Source: an uncultured archaeon (GTDB lineage Archaea > Iainarchaeota > Iainarchaeia > Iainarchaeales > 0-14-0-20-30-16). From it: a stretch of 32,000 nt of DNA. A program made the position numbers and the translations under genes. This document shows, piece by piece, positions 19,489-27,310 of the stretch. A model generated the notes under the pieces. The model was not told the origin of the DNA and made no database searches. It worked only from the letters and a program-made list of their open reading frames with translations. Positions within the stretch are counted from its first letter, which is position 1, and each line of letters starts with the position of its first letter. The stretch spans positions 1 through 32,000 of the forward strand of contig CAYZSS010000007.1 of NCBI GenBank assembly GCA_964480435.1, read 5' to 3'.

Positions 19489-20016
19489 ATGGAAAACTTT
19501 GGAGAAAATGTAAAAATAATTTCTCTTGAGCCTGGCACTTGTACGGATATTGCTTGCCAACATTTCATAAAAACTGTTTTTTCAAAAAAAGCAGACATAA
19601 TTTATGTTAAATCTTATCAGAAATTAATAAACTTGGCAAAGAAAGAAAAAAATTCAATTATTTTATTGCCACACATTAATCCCCTTTGTATAAAATTAGA
19701 ACACGACTCAAATTGGAAAACACACACAGATTTGGTATTTTCATTACAAAACCCTCCATTATATCTTGCAAAAAATAATTTGAAGGAGCAGAATAATAAG
19801 TGTGCAACAATACCAGTATTAAAATGGTTAGTGAAACCTGAAAATTTTATCTTTGTTTCTGCAAAAAATACCCAAGAAGCAGCAGAGATAGCAAAAAAAG
19901 GAATATGTACTTATTGTATTACTAATGAAAATGGAGTTAAAAAGAATCCCCTTACAATTGTAAAAGAACTGAAAAAAATATTGGTTACTTGGATTATATT
20001 TAGTTATATTGGGTGA
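19489..20016 (+). CDS. Hypothetical protein, weakly prephenate-dehydratase-like (type 2 periplasmic-binding fold)
   Basis: VKIISLEPGTCTDIACQHF...ILLPHINP...NKCATIPVLKWLV...SAKNTQEAAEIAKKG...ITNENGVKKNPLTIV...VTWIIF is loosely collinear with PDT domains (GPxGTF, PxEN, SHPQ, STAxAA, TRF), but the key residues differ. Confidence 0.3.
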   Translation: MENFGENVKIISLEPGTCTDIACQHFIKTVFSKKADIIYVKSYQKLINLAKKEKNSIILLPHINPLCIKLEHDSNWKTHTDLVFSLQNPPLYLAKNNLKEQNNKCATIPVLKWLVKPENFIFVSAKNTQEAAEIAKKGICTYCITNENGVKKNPLTIVKELKKILVTWIIFSYIG

Positions 20017-20017
20017 T

Positions 20018-20413
20018 TTATTTAAGTAATGGCAAGTCACCACAAAATCTTTGTATGTCGCTGTCTTGTCCTATTGCTCCAATGCCAATTACTTTAACTT
20101 CTTCGATTGGCTTTCCTTTTACTCTTTCTATATACTCTTCATAGCTGGTGGTGGATTGGCCTTCTGTGGTAAAAACCATGTATTTTAAATTAAACTTTTT
20201 TGCACGTTTAAGCAATTCTGGCCAAGTTCTATTATGTTGTTTCATAATAAGTATTGGGATTTTTGTTATTGGAATATATTTGAAAAAATAGCCCTCTATC
20301 TCTGGCCCTAACACATCTTCTGCTCCATTAAAAAGACCGGATGCAATGCATGCTGCAGAGTTTGCTAATAATCCGGGCCCTAAAGTATCGTCTAATATAA
20401 TCGCTACTTTCAT
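20018..20413 (-). CDS. DUF2000-family protein
   Basis: MKVAIILDDTLGPGLLANSAACIASGL...IPILIMK...YEEYIERV...IGIGAIG...GDLPLLK matches my memory of the DUF2000 profile. Confidence 0.6.
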   Translation of the reverse strand: MKVAIILDDTLGPGLLANSAACIASGLFNGAEDVLGPEIEGYFFKYIPITKIPILIMKQHNRTWPELLKRAKKFNLKYMVFTTEGQSTTSYEEYIERVKGKPIEEVKVIGIGAIGQDSDIQRFCGDLPLLK

Positions 20414-20476
20414 AATTACCCCTAAAATTAATTATGCATCATACAAATTAAAATAATATGCCTGTAATAACATAAT

Positions 20477-20821
20477 ATGGAAAATAAATATGTAACTACT
20501 ATTAAAGATGCACAAAAGACATTGAAGTACTTTGCAGAAAGAAATGGCTGGAAAGATACTCCTAATATAGATAAATTTGATCATCTGCATGAAGAACTAA
20601 TCGAAATGTCACAACTGCTGAGATACAAAGACGAAGAAGAAAGAATCCAAATAATAAAAGAAAAAAAAGAAGAGTTTGTGGATGGAATAGGGGATTTGTT
20701 CTTTGGAATGTGCAGACTGGCAAATCAATTAGATGTGGATATAGAGGAAGCATTTAATCAAGTAAAAAAAACCATCTTTGAGAGATACAATGGTGCAGAC
20801 TCAGAAAAAACAAAGAAATAA
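20477..20821 (+). CDS. MazG-like nucleotide pyrophosphohydrolase domain protein
   Basis: 114-aa all-helical protein. HLHEELIEMSQ and FVDGIGDLFFGMCRLANQLDVDIEEAF fit the EExxE/D-type MazG motifs. Confidence 0.6.
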   Translation: MENKYVTTIKDAQKTLKYFAERNGWKDTPNIDKFDHLHEELIEMSQLLRYKDEEERIQIIKEKKEEFVDGIGDLFFGMCRLANQLDVDIEEAFNQVKKTIFERYNGADSEKTKK

Positions 20822-20856
20822 AACAAAGCAGGGGTAATTTTCTCCCGGTTTTGTTT
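20821..20856 (+). terminator. Imperfect hairpin followed by a T-rich tail immediately after the MazG-like gene
   Basis: AAACAAAGCAGGGG (20821-20834) pairs with the second arm TCCCGGTTTTGTTT (20843-20856): 7 A-T/C-G pairs, G-U, C-G, one mismatch, 3 G-C, G-U, with an 8-nt loop. Confidence 0.3.
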
Positions 20857-20914
20857 CCTTACTTGTTATTTTTGTAAAGAATAGTATTATAAATACCAAA
20901 TTTTTATTATAAAT

Positions 20915-22174
20915 ATGGTTGGATTATCACCTGTATCTGCTCACATAAAATCCTATGGCACAAAATATCGGACCTTATATGCAATGTCCTTTTTGGTTCT
21001 GTTTTTTGCATTATTTGATGGGCTCTTGGGTTACTTAGTCCCTTTATTGATAACTAACTCAGGGATTTCTAAAACTATGATGGGATTTATTTTGGGTACT
21101 TCCTCAATGTTTGGATTTGTTTTTGATATATTACTGTGTAAAGCTATAAAGAAAACTAGTCTAAGAAGGCTTTACATAATTTTATTTGTAATTTGTGCAG
21201 TATATCCATTAATACTATATCATGCAAGTACAGTGTGGTTATATATTCTTGCGATGGGTGTTTGGGGCCTTTATTATGATCTTTTCAATATTGGTAGGTA
21301 TGATTTTGTTGGAAGAAATTTTGATACTTCTGAACATGCACATAGTTTTGGAATTTTGGGTGCTTTTTCGGGATTAGGTTATTTGTTAGTTCCGTTTTTT
21401 GCAGGCTTTTTGATAAGCAAGACAATTAATTTTATTCCATTTATTTGGGCATGGATATTTTTATTTGCTGTAGTTATCTTTTTTATTTTTGTATTGGCTT
21501 TCCTAAAAAAAGATAAAAAAGCAGTGGTGGAAAAAGAAAAGAAAACAAAACTAAAATTTAGTGAATTATTTATTTGGGAAAGGATTGGAAAAGTTATTTA
21601 TCCTGTTCTTATTTTGACAGTTTTATTGAATGTTATTAATGCTGTTTTTTGGACTGTTGGTCCACTACTTATAGCTAGCTGGACAGACTTAGGAGTTTTT
21701 AGTTCCTTGTTCCTTGCTGCATATCTTTTCCCTCCTTTGTTTGTTGGCTGGTTTGTAGGGATAATTACAAAAAAATTCGGAACCAAAAAAACAGGGAATG
21801 TGTGTTTATTGATTGGGTCTTTAGCATTGGCGAGTTTCTTTTTAGTACAAAATCATATTGTTATATTGGTTCTTACTTTTATTTCAGGTTTTTTTATTAG
21901 CTTAGCATATCCAGCAAATAATGGTACTTATGCAGATTATATTGAAGAGTCAGAAGTTGTTGCTGCTGAAATAGAATCACAAGCAGACCTAGCAACAAAT
22001 TTAGGGTATGTGATTGGACCTATACTGGCAGGATTTTTTGCAGATGTATTAGGAAATGTTGCAGCATTTTCAGTTATTGGATTAATAGGTGTGTTTGTAG
22101 CAATATTGTTGTTAATTATAACCCCAAGAAAAATAACAATAAAATTAAAAAAGGCAAAACAACTTAAAGCTTAA
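20915..22174 (+). CDS. MFS-type transporter (about 12 TM helices)
   Basis: 419 aa with two blocks of six hydrophobic helices separated by a charged loop (KKDKKAVVEKEKKTK). No sharp motif A. Confidence 0.55.
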   Translation: MVGLSPVSAHIKSYGTKYRTLYAMSFLVLFFALFDGLLGYLVPLLITNSGISKTMMGFILGTSSMFGFVFDILLCKAIKKTSLRRLYIILFVICAVYPLILYHASTVWLYILAMGVWGLYYDLFNIGRYDFVGRNFDTSEHAHSFGILGAFSGLGYLLVPFFAGFLISKTINFIPFIWAWIFLFAVVIFFIFVLAFLKKDKKAVVEKEKKTKLKFSELFIWERIGKVIYPVLILTVLLNVINAVFWTVGPLLIASWTDLGVFSSLFLAAYLFPPLFVGWFVGIITKKFGTKKTGNVCLLIGSLALASFFLVQNHIVILVLTFISGFFISLAYPANNGTYADYIEESEVVAAEIESQADLATNLGYVIGPILAGFFADVLGNVAAFSVIGLIGVFVAILLLIITPRKITIKLKKAKQLKA

Positions 22175-22637
22175 AAAAGCGTTGACAAAAGATGTCCTAC
22201 CAAATAAGTAATTATCAAAACAACAATCGCAATTAGAACATGTTCTCCAATTAATTTTAAAGGGTTTTCAGTTCTTATTTTTGCAATAATTATGTTTGCA
22301 ATAATTAAAATTAATAAGCCCCATGCTACTGCTATTATGGTTGCAAGTCTTAATGGTAATAAAAGGAAAGGAATTAGAAAAGATGCAGCAACAATAAGCT
22401 TTGAAAAGAAAGTGCTAATTGTTTCCACCCACACTGTTTTTTCTGGAACCTTTTTTCTGACTCTTTCGATATATGTATTCCTAAAGCATCAGAAAGTGCA
22501 TCTGCAATTGCAATTGTAATAATTCCAGTGATTATTGCTGCAAAAGAGGCTGTTGCAAAATAAAGGCCGATAATTAATCCAAGTGTAGTAATAACACCAG
22601 ATGTTAATCCAAAAAAGAATCCACTATTTAATTTCAT
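22171..22637 (-). pseudogene. Short VIT1/CCC1 (DUF125)-family membrane protein gene interrupted by a frameshift at an A6 tract
   Basis: Frame 1 reads MKLNSGFFFGLTSGVITTLGLIIGL...IADALSDALGIHISKESEK. The homologous continuation VWVETISTFFSKLIVAASFLIP...LVGHLLSTLF lies in the -1 frame. The switch must fall at A6 (T6 on + at 22451-22456) or at the second A6 (22437-22442). Confidence 0.6.
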
Positions 22638-22677
22638 AAAATCAACTATAAACAATAACCCTTGGATATTTATAATA

Positions 22678-23397
22678 TTATTTCTTTGCAATATTCCAAA
22701 GTATGTCAAAGAAGTTTTTATTGCTTTTATAAACATCATCGCTTGTAATTGCTATTGCCATTGGTTGTTCTGTCCAAATAAATGTCATTGTTTTATTTCC
22801 ATAAATTAAAACAGTAGAAGGGAAGTCATATTTTTTTGGAAGAAATTTCATACTAATCAATTTTCTGTTATAGCTATTTACGGAATCTCTTACCTTTTCA
22901 TTGTAAATCATACTTACTTTTATTCCCTGCTCTGCTCTTTTTGCATTCCACACTCTTTGGTAAACCGGAAATAATCTAATAAAATGTGTTTGAGCTCCAT
23001 ATGCAAAGATTTCTTGTTTTTCTTTTAAAATTTCTTCAAATGCTGTTTTTATTGCTCTTTTGCCTTTGTAAATTGTTGCGAATTCTTTTGGTTTGCTTGA
23101 TGAAAATTTATCCATTAATTCAGGAAGAATTGTATCTAAATCTTCTTCTTTTTCTTTAAGGAGATCTTTTAGACGTGTTGGGTTTACTGGCTCAAAAAAT
23201 TTCTTTTTATCTTTTCTAATATAAGTTGCTAAGCCTTTATCTACAAGTCTTTCTAAAGCATCATAAACATTGGTTCTGTTTACTTCACTTTTTTTTGTAA
23301 TTTCTCCGGCATTAGCAATTCCTAAGCCTAGCAGAGCCAAATATACTTTTGATTCATTCTCGCTTAGACCTAAATCACGAAAAATTTTTGTATCCAT
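22678..23397 (-). CDS. TrmB-family transcriptional regulator (paralogue 2)
   Basis: MDTKIFRDLGLSENESKVYLALLGLGIANAGEITKKSEVNRTNVYDALERLVDKGLA. Collinear with paralogue 1 over its whole length, including the C-terminal ...FFDILWNIAKK versus ...YFKYLWTKVAKK. Confidence 0.8.
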   Translation of the reverse strand: MDTKIFRDLGLSENESKVYLALLGLGIANAGEITKKSEVNRTNVYDALERLVDKGLATYIRKDKKKFFEPVNPTRLKDLLKEKEEDLDTILPELMDKFSSSKPKEFATIYKGKRAIKTAFEEILKEKQEIFAYGAQTHFIRLFPVYQRVWNAKRAEQGIKVSMIYNEKVRDSVNSYNRKLISMKFLPKKYDFPSTVLIYGNKTMTFIWTEQPMAIAITSDDVYKSNKNFFDILWNIAKK

Positions 23398-23440
23398 AAG
23401 GAAAATTAGTTACAATATATATTTAATTGTTGTGGTAATT

Positions 23441-23465
23441 AGTACAACAAAAGCATATGTACTGC
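23441..23465. promoter_or_regulatory. Conserved 25-bp block AGTACAACAAAAGCATATGTACTGC (dyad AGTAC-N13-GTACT) in the TrmB2/SBP divergent promoter
   Basis: 21/25 identical to 16899-16923. It overlaps the right arm of the inverted repeat TTGTTGT-N10-ACAACAA (23427-23450). Confidence 0.45.
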
Positions 23466-23494
23466 CCTGAATACAAGTATGTTATGGTGGTAAT

Positions 23495-24610
23495 ATGAAT
23501 AAAGTTTTATTATATTCAATAATTTGTTTATTTGCTGTTGTAATTGTGTGTACTATTGGAGTAAATATAAACCCTTACTTTGGGTTAACCGAGGAACAAA
23601 ATTTGGAAATTGGAGCAATTATTCCTTTGACAGGTGCATTAGGGGATTTTGGAGAAGAAATACAAAATGGAATTGACTTAGCCGTAGATGAAATAAACAA
23701 AAAAAGTAATATAAAAATAAAAGTGTTTTATGAGGACTCGGTTGGAAACAATACTGGTGCAGTAAATGCTTATAATAAATTAGTTGGAACAGATGGAATA
23801 GAATTGATAATTACTTCTTATGGAGATACAGTATTGTCTGTTGCTCCTTTAGCAGAGCAAGATAAAGTAATTGTTTTCTCTGCGGGAGGTGGATCTCCTT
23901 TGATTAGCTCGGCAGGAGATTATATTTTTAGAAATAATATCCTTGTTCAGGATGAAGCAAAAGTTATTTCCAAATATTTAATTGACAATGGAATAAACGA
24001 AATTGGTGTGCCAATATTAAATACACAGTCTGGAACAAGTTATTTTGATGGATTCAAAAATGAATATGAAAAAATCGGTGGTAAAATTGTTGTTGCAGAA
24101 AAATTTGTGCCAGATAATATGGAGTATAAAGAATTTCTTTTGAAAATGAAAGAGGCAAAGTTAGAAAACTTGTTTATTATTCAATCTGCATCACAAACAA
24201 TTGCGATGATTAAACAAAGTGAGGAGTTAGGCATGAAATTTAATTATTTTGGTGGCTACACAATAGAAAGACAGGAAGTTCTGAAAATACCTGAATTAGA
24301 GGGGGCCAGATACACCCATTTTTTTGATTTATCTAATAAAAAATCAAAAGAATACAATGATGGCTTCTTGTCTAAATACGGAGAAATTCCAACGGGAGCA
24401 TCTGCATTAGGATATGATGTAGTGTATATGTTAAAATTAGCTTATTATAATTGTGGAAAAGTAGATACTGATTGTATAAAAAAAGAGTTATATAAAATAA
24501 AAGATTTTGATGGTGCAAGTGGAATATCTACAATGAATAAAGATGGAGATACTGTAAAAGAAATAATTATGAAAACTATAAAAAATGGGGCTTTTGTAAA
24601 ACTTAAGTAG
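23495..24610 (+). CDS. Type I periplasmic-binding-fold substrate-binding protein (LivJ/LivK-like, branched-chain amino acid type), membrane anchored
   Basis: N-terminal TM anchor. IGAIIPLTGALGDFGEEIQNGIDLAVDEINKK is typical of the Peripla_BP_6 family. SD GGTGGT upstream. Confidence 0.75.
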   Translation: MNKVLLYSIICLFAVVIVCTIGVNINPYFGLTEEQNLEIGAIIPLTGALGDFGEEIQNGIDLAVDEINKKSNIKIKVFYEDSVGNNTGAVNAYNKLVGTDGIELIITSYGDTVLSVAPLAEQDKVIVFSAGGGSPLISSAGDYIFRNNILVQDEAKVISKYLIDNGINEIGVPILNTQSGTSYFDGFKNEYEKIGGKIVVAEKFVPDNMEYKEFLLKMKEAKLENLFIIQSASQTIAMIKQSEELGMKFNYFGGYTIERQEVLKIPELEGARYTHFFDLSNKKSKEYNDGFLSKYGEIPTGASALGYDVVYMLKLAYYNCGKVDTDCIKKELYKIKDFDGASGISTMNKDGDTVKEIIMKTIKNGAFVKLK

Positions 24611-24641
24611 TTCCTATTCTTTTATTTATTTATTCTATTTA

Positions 24642-25457
24642 ATGTATATTATGTACTTAACTTTGGAAACAGTAAAGGAATATGAAAAGGCAAAGAAGAT
24701 TGGTCTTAATAGATTTGAAACTACTTTTGATTTGGGACTCTCAACACAAACTATCTCTATTGCTGATTTTTTGTCCCTATTAAGCAATTGTCCAAAAATA
24801 AGAAATGAAGATATTGTTTTTTATGATGAAAAAAAGAAAGAAGGATTTAAGTTACATATTGCAAATGAAAAGGGCATATTTTCATTAAGAAAAGATAAAG
24901 AACAGAAACCAATCTTATACATAAACGCAGTAAAAATGAATGTGTTTAAGGATTGGGGTTTAGATACTTATAATGAAAATGTAATTAATAATTTAGAAAT
25001 AAAACCAACTGATTTTGTATTGGAAGTTTGTACTGGTGCAGGATATAAAACAAATATACTTATCGAAAAAGCAGAAAAAGTAATTAGTGTTGAAAAAAGT
25101 GAAGAAGTTTTGGAATTAATGGAATACAATCCTTATACAAAAGATTTGCAAAAAAAACAGAACTTGGAAATAATCAACGATGACGCAGTAAATTTTGTTA
25201 AGAAAACAAAAGAAAAATTTGATAAGATTTTACATGATCCTCCTACTTATAAATTTGCTCCTGAATTATATCATGAAAATTTCTATAAAGATCTTTACAA
25301 TATTGCAAAAGATGGTTGTATTTTATTCCACTATACGGGAAACCCAGGTAATAAATTTAGAGGGCATGATTTAGTAAAAGCAACAATAGAAAGAGCAATA
25401 AGTGTTGGCTGGAAATTAATTAAGAAAGAAGATTTAGGTGCTTATTTTAGAAAGTGA
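24642..25457 (+). CDS. COG2521-type archaeal SAM-dependent methyltransferase
   Basis: Motif I VLEVCTGAGY. ILHDPPTYKFAPELYHENFYKDLYNIAKDGCILFHYTGNPGNKFRG matches the HDPPxF...ELYSxEFY...HYxGxPG signature I recall for COG2521. Confidence 0.65.
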   Translation: MYIMYLTLETVKEYEKAKKIGLNRFETTFDLGLSTQTISIADFLSLLSNCPKIRNEDIVFYDEKKKEGFKLHIANEKGIFSLRKDKEQKPILYINAVKMNVFKDWGLDTYNENVINNLEIKPTDFVLEVCTGAGYKTNILIEKAEKVISVEKSEEVLELMEYNPYTKDLQKKQNLEIINDDAVNFVKKTKEKFDKILHDPPTYKFAPELYHENFYKDLYNIAKDGCILFHYTGNPGNKFRGHDLVKATIERAISVGWKLIKKEDLGAYFRK

Positions 25458-26089
25458 TTTCTGTGGAGTCAAAAATAATTAATTATTTAGGTCAATTAAG
25501 AATTTATTCTCTTTTGGATCTAGTTTTTTTATTATTGGCAGTAAAAACAACAGCACTTTCTTTTTTTGGAATTATTATTTTACATATCGGGTTTTTGCTT
25601 TTTCTTGAAGAAAATCACGCTCATAAAAACAGAGTAAAATTTCCGAAATATTTGTGGATTTTATTTTTTATTGTGGGAGCTATACTGTACCCAAGTTATT
25701 GTGTTGTGGGATATTTAATTTTTAGTTATTTGTATACTAAGAAAAATAAACCTTATTTTGGGGCTTTTGCTTCGGTATTCAGGGGATTACAGAATTATGT
25801 TTTGTTTTCAGGAATACTTGGATTTTTTAATATTTATTCTATTGGAATAGGGTTGTTATTTTTTATTAGAAATGCCCTGGGCGACTTTAGGGATATTGTT
25901 AAAGATAAAAAAGAAAACACACAGACTTTACCAGTTATTTTGGGATTTAAAAAAGATTACAAATATTTGCATTTGATTTTTTTACTAATAACAACAACAA
26001 TTTGGTGGTATTTTTCAGGAATATATTTTATTTGGTTAATTGTGGGATATATTATTGAAATTGGCACATATTGGCTAACCCCTAGATAA
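25454..26089 (+). CDS. UbiA-superfamily-like membrane protein with a degenerate first Asp-rich motif
   Basis: Polytopic, 211 aa. NALGDFRDIVKDKKENTQTLPVILG fits the second UbiA motif (DxxDxxxD...TLPV.LG). The position of the first NDxxDxxxD motif reads LEENHAHKN. GTGA overlap with the methyltransferase stop. Confidence 0.4.
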   Translation: MISVESKIINYLGQLRIYSLLDLVFLLLAVKTTALSFFGIIILHIGFLLFLEENHAHKNRVKFPKYLWILFFIVGAILYPSYCVVGYLIFSYLYTKKNKPYFGAFASVFRGLQNYVLFSGILGFFNIYSIGIGLLFFIRNALGDFRDIVKDKKENTQTLPVILGFKKDYKYLHLIFLLITTTIWWYFSGIYFIWLIVGYIIEIGTYWLTPR

Positions 26090-26125
26090 AGAAAAATATA
26101 TTAACTAATTTGTCTTATTTTTTAT

Positions 26126-26779
26126 ATGGCTCACGAAATTGTATTACTTGATGGTTGTAAAGATTTTGCTCCTGGAAAGGTATTAGCTGGTGTTTTAGAC
26201 CACATGGCAAGTATAGTAGGTACTATTCATGCGGATAAAACAGCAGGTCAATTAGATATGGAAGGGTATAATGTTGTTCGTGATTTGGTAAGAAGATCAT
26301 TTGATTCTCATAGAGGGCAAATACAAATTGAAGCACTAGTGGGGGTCTTAGACTATAACTCTTTAGTACAATCTAAACCAAAAGAAGCGAGATTTATTGT
26401 GCTTGTTCCAGAGGATTTGTATGCCCTTAATGGTGGGCACCCAACAAATTGGGTTCATGGTGCGTATTTCTCAAAAACATCAAATAGCAAAGATGTAGTA
26501 GTAATATCTACTGCGAGATTTTATACTAATGGTAAATTTGATCCTATACATTTTAGACATGTAATGGCTCACGAACTTGGCCACATGTTTGGAGCAACAA
26601 AAAAAGGTAGAAGGAATACTTACGAATTATTGGGACCGCACTGTTCTAATGATTGTATAATGAGGCAAGATGTAGATGTGGGGTCTGGAAAAGATAGAGC
26701 CCATGATATGCACAGAAAAGGAACAACTTTTTGTAATGACTGTAGAAGAGAAATGATAAAATTGCATAGGCCAAGGTAA
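26126..26779 (+). CDS. Archaemetzincin-like (peptidase M54-like) zinc metalloprotease
   Basis: HELGHMFG...GPHCSNDCIM...FCNDCRREM resembles the archaemetzincin signature HExxHxxGxxxCxxxxCxM...CxxC. The N-terminal DLYALNGGHPTNWVHGAYF...VVVISTARF is also family-like. Confidence 0.55.
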   Translation: MAHEIVLLDGCKDFAPGKVLAGVLDHMASIVGTIHADKTAGQLDMEGYNVVRDLVRRSFDSHRGQIQIEALVGVLDYNSLVQSKPKEARFIVLVPEDLYALNGGHPTNWVHGAYFSKTSNSKDVVVISTARFYTNGKFDPIHFRHVMAHELGHMFGATKKGRRNTYELLGPHCSNDCIMRQDVDVGSGKDRAHDMHRKGTTFCNDCRREMIKLHRPR

Positions 26780-26784
26780 TAGTT

Positions 26785-27093
26785 ATGAAAAAATATACTA
26801 CAAATGAGGATGGTTGGTTCTGTGGGTATTGGAATAACTCTCCTTTACAAATAAAGTATTCTGAAAATAGGCCTTTGAAAAATGAAGATGCACATTGCCA
26901 TAAGGATTTTGCAGAATATTATCTTGTTTTGGATGGGACCTTGACTTTGGAGATCAACTTAAAGAAAGTGGAATTGAAAAAGCAGGATCTTGTTATGATC
27001 GAAAAGGGGGAAGATCATAGAATAGTTAAAAAGAGTGAATCTTGCTCTTATCTAATAATAAAAGAGAAGTCTTACCCTAATAATAAAGAGTAG
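26785..27093 (+). CDS. Cupin-domain protein
   Basis: HCHKDFAEYYLVLDG fits cupin motif 1 exactly (HxH-x4-E-x6-G). GEDHRI is a motif-2 remnant. Starts 5 nt after the metzincin stop. Confidence 0.7.
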   Translation: MKKYTTNEDGWFCGYWNNSPLQIKYSENRPLKNEDAHCHKDFAEYYLVLDGTLTLEINLKKVELKKQDLVMIEKGEDHRIVKKSESCSYLIIKEKSYPNNKE

Positions 27094-27136
27094 ATTTATT
27101 CAAAAGAAATATATAACCCTTATTATTTATTTATAC

Positions 27137-27253
27137 ATGGGAATAGAACCAAAAGAAGCAGGGAAAGTGGTAGTAAAAAAAAGCAATATAAAAATTACTC
27201 CTGCTGATATTAGGAGACTTGCTGATCTTGCTGAGGAAGCTATAGAAAAGTAG
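27137..27253 (+). CDS. Mini-ORF (38 aa), in frame with the downstream 381-aa ORF and separated from it only by TAG
   Basis: MGIEPKEAGKVVVKKSNIKITPADIRRLADLAEEAIEK, then TAG at 27251-27253. The 19 following codons up to ATG 27311 contain no stop. Not on the ORF track because it is too short. Confidence 0.25.
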   Translation: MGIEPKEAGKVVVKKSNIKITPADIRRLADLAEEAIEK

Positions 27254-27310
27254 GGGCTTGATTTTGTTGTTCAACATCTTAATATTAGGTTCGCAGCAGA
27301 GCATGGAAAC

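Noticed and set aside
20885-20914. Direct repeat TATTATAAATA (20885-20895 and 20904-20914) upstream of the MFS gene as a regulatory element.
   Set aside because: An 11-bp pure A/T repeat in an AT-rich promoter region is easily explained as TATA-box-like sequence occurring by chance.
22437-22456. A programmed -1 ribosomal frameshift of the dnaX type (A AAA AAG) in the VIT-like gene.
   Set aside because: The A6G run is not in the phase required for a canonical X XXY YYZ heptamer in the zero frame. I saw no obvious downstream stimulatory structure. A homopolymer error, mutation or transcriptional slippage is more economical.
27251-27253. The in-frame TAG as evidence for pyrrolysine or genome-wide TAG recoding.
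   Set aside because: TAG terminates at least seven well-supported genes in this window (3763, 4467, 5824, 6547, 12511, 19438, 30548). No pyl genes are visible. A local nonsense codon or coincidence (1 in 3 chance of a shared frame) is more likely.
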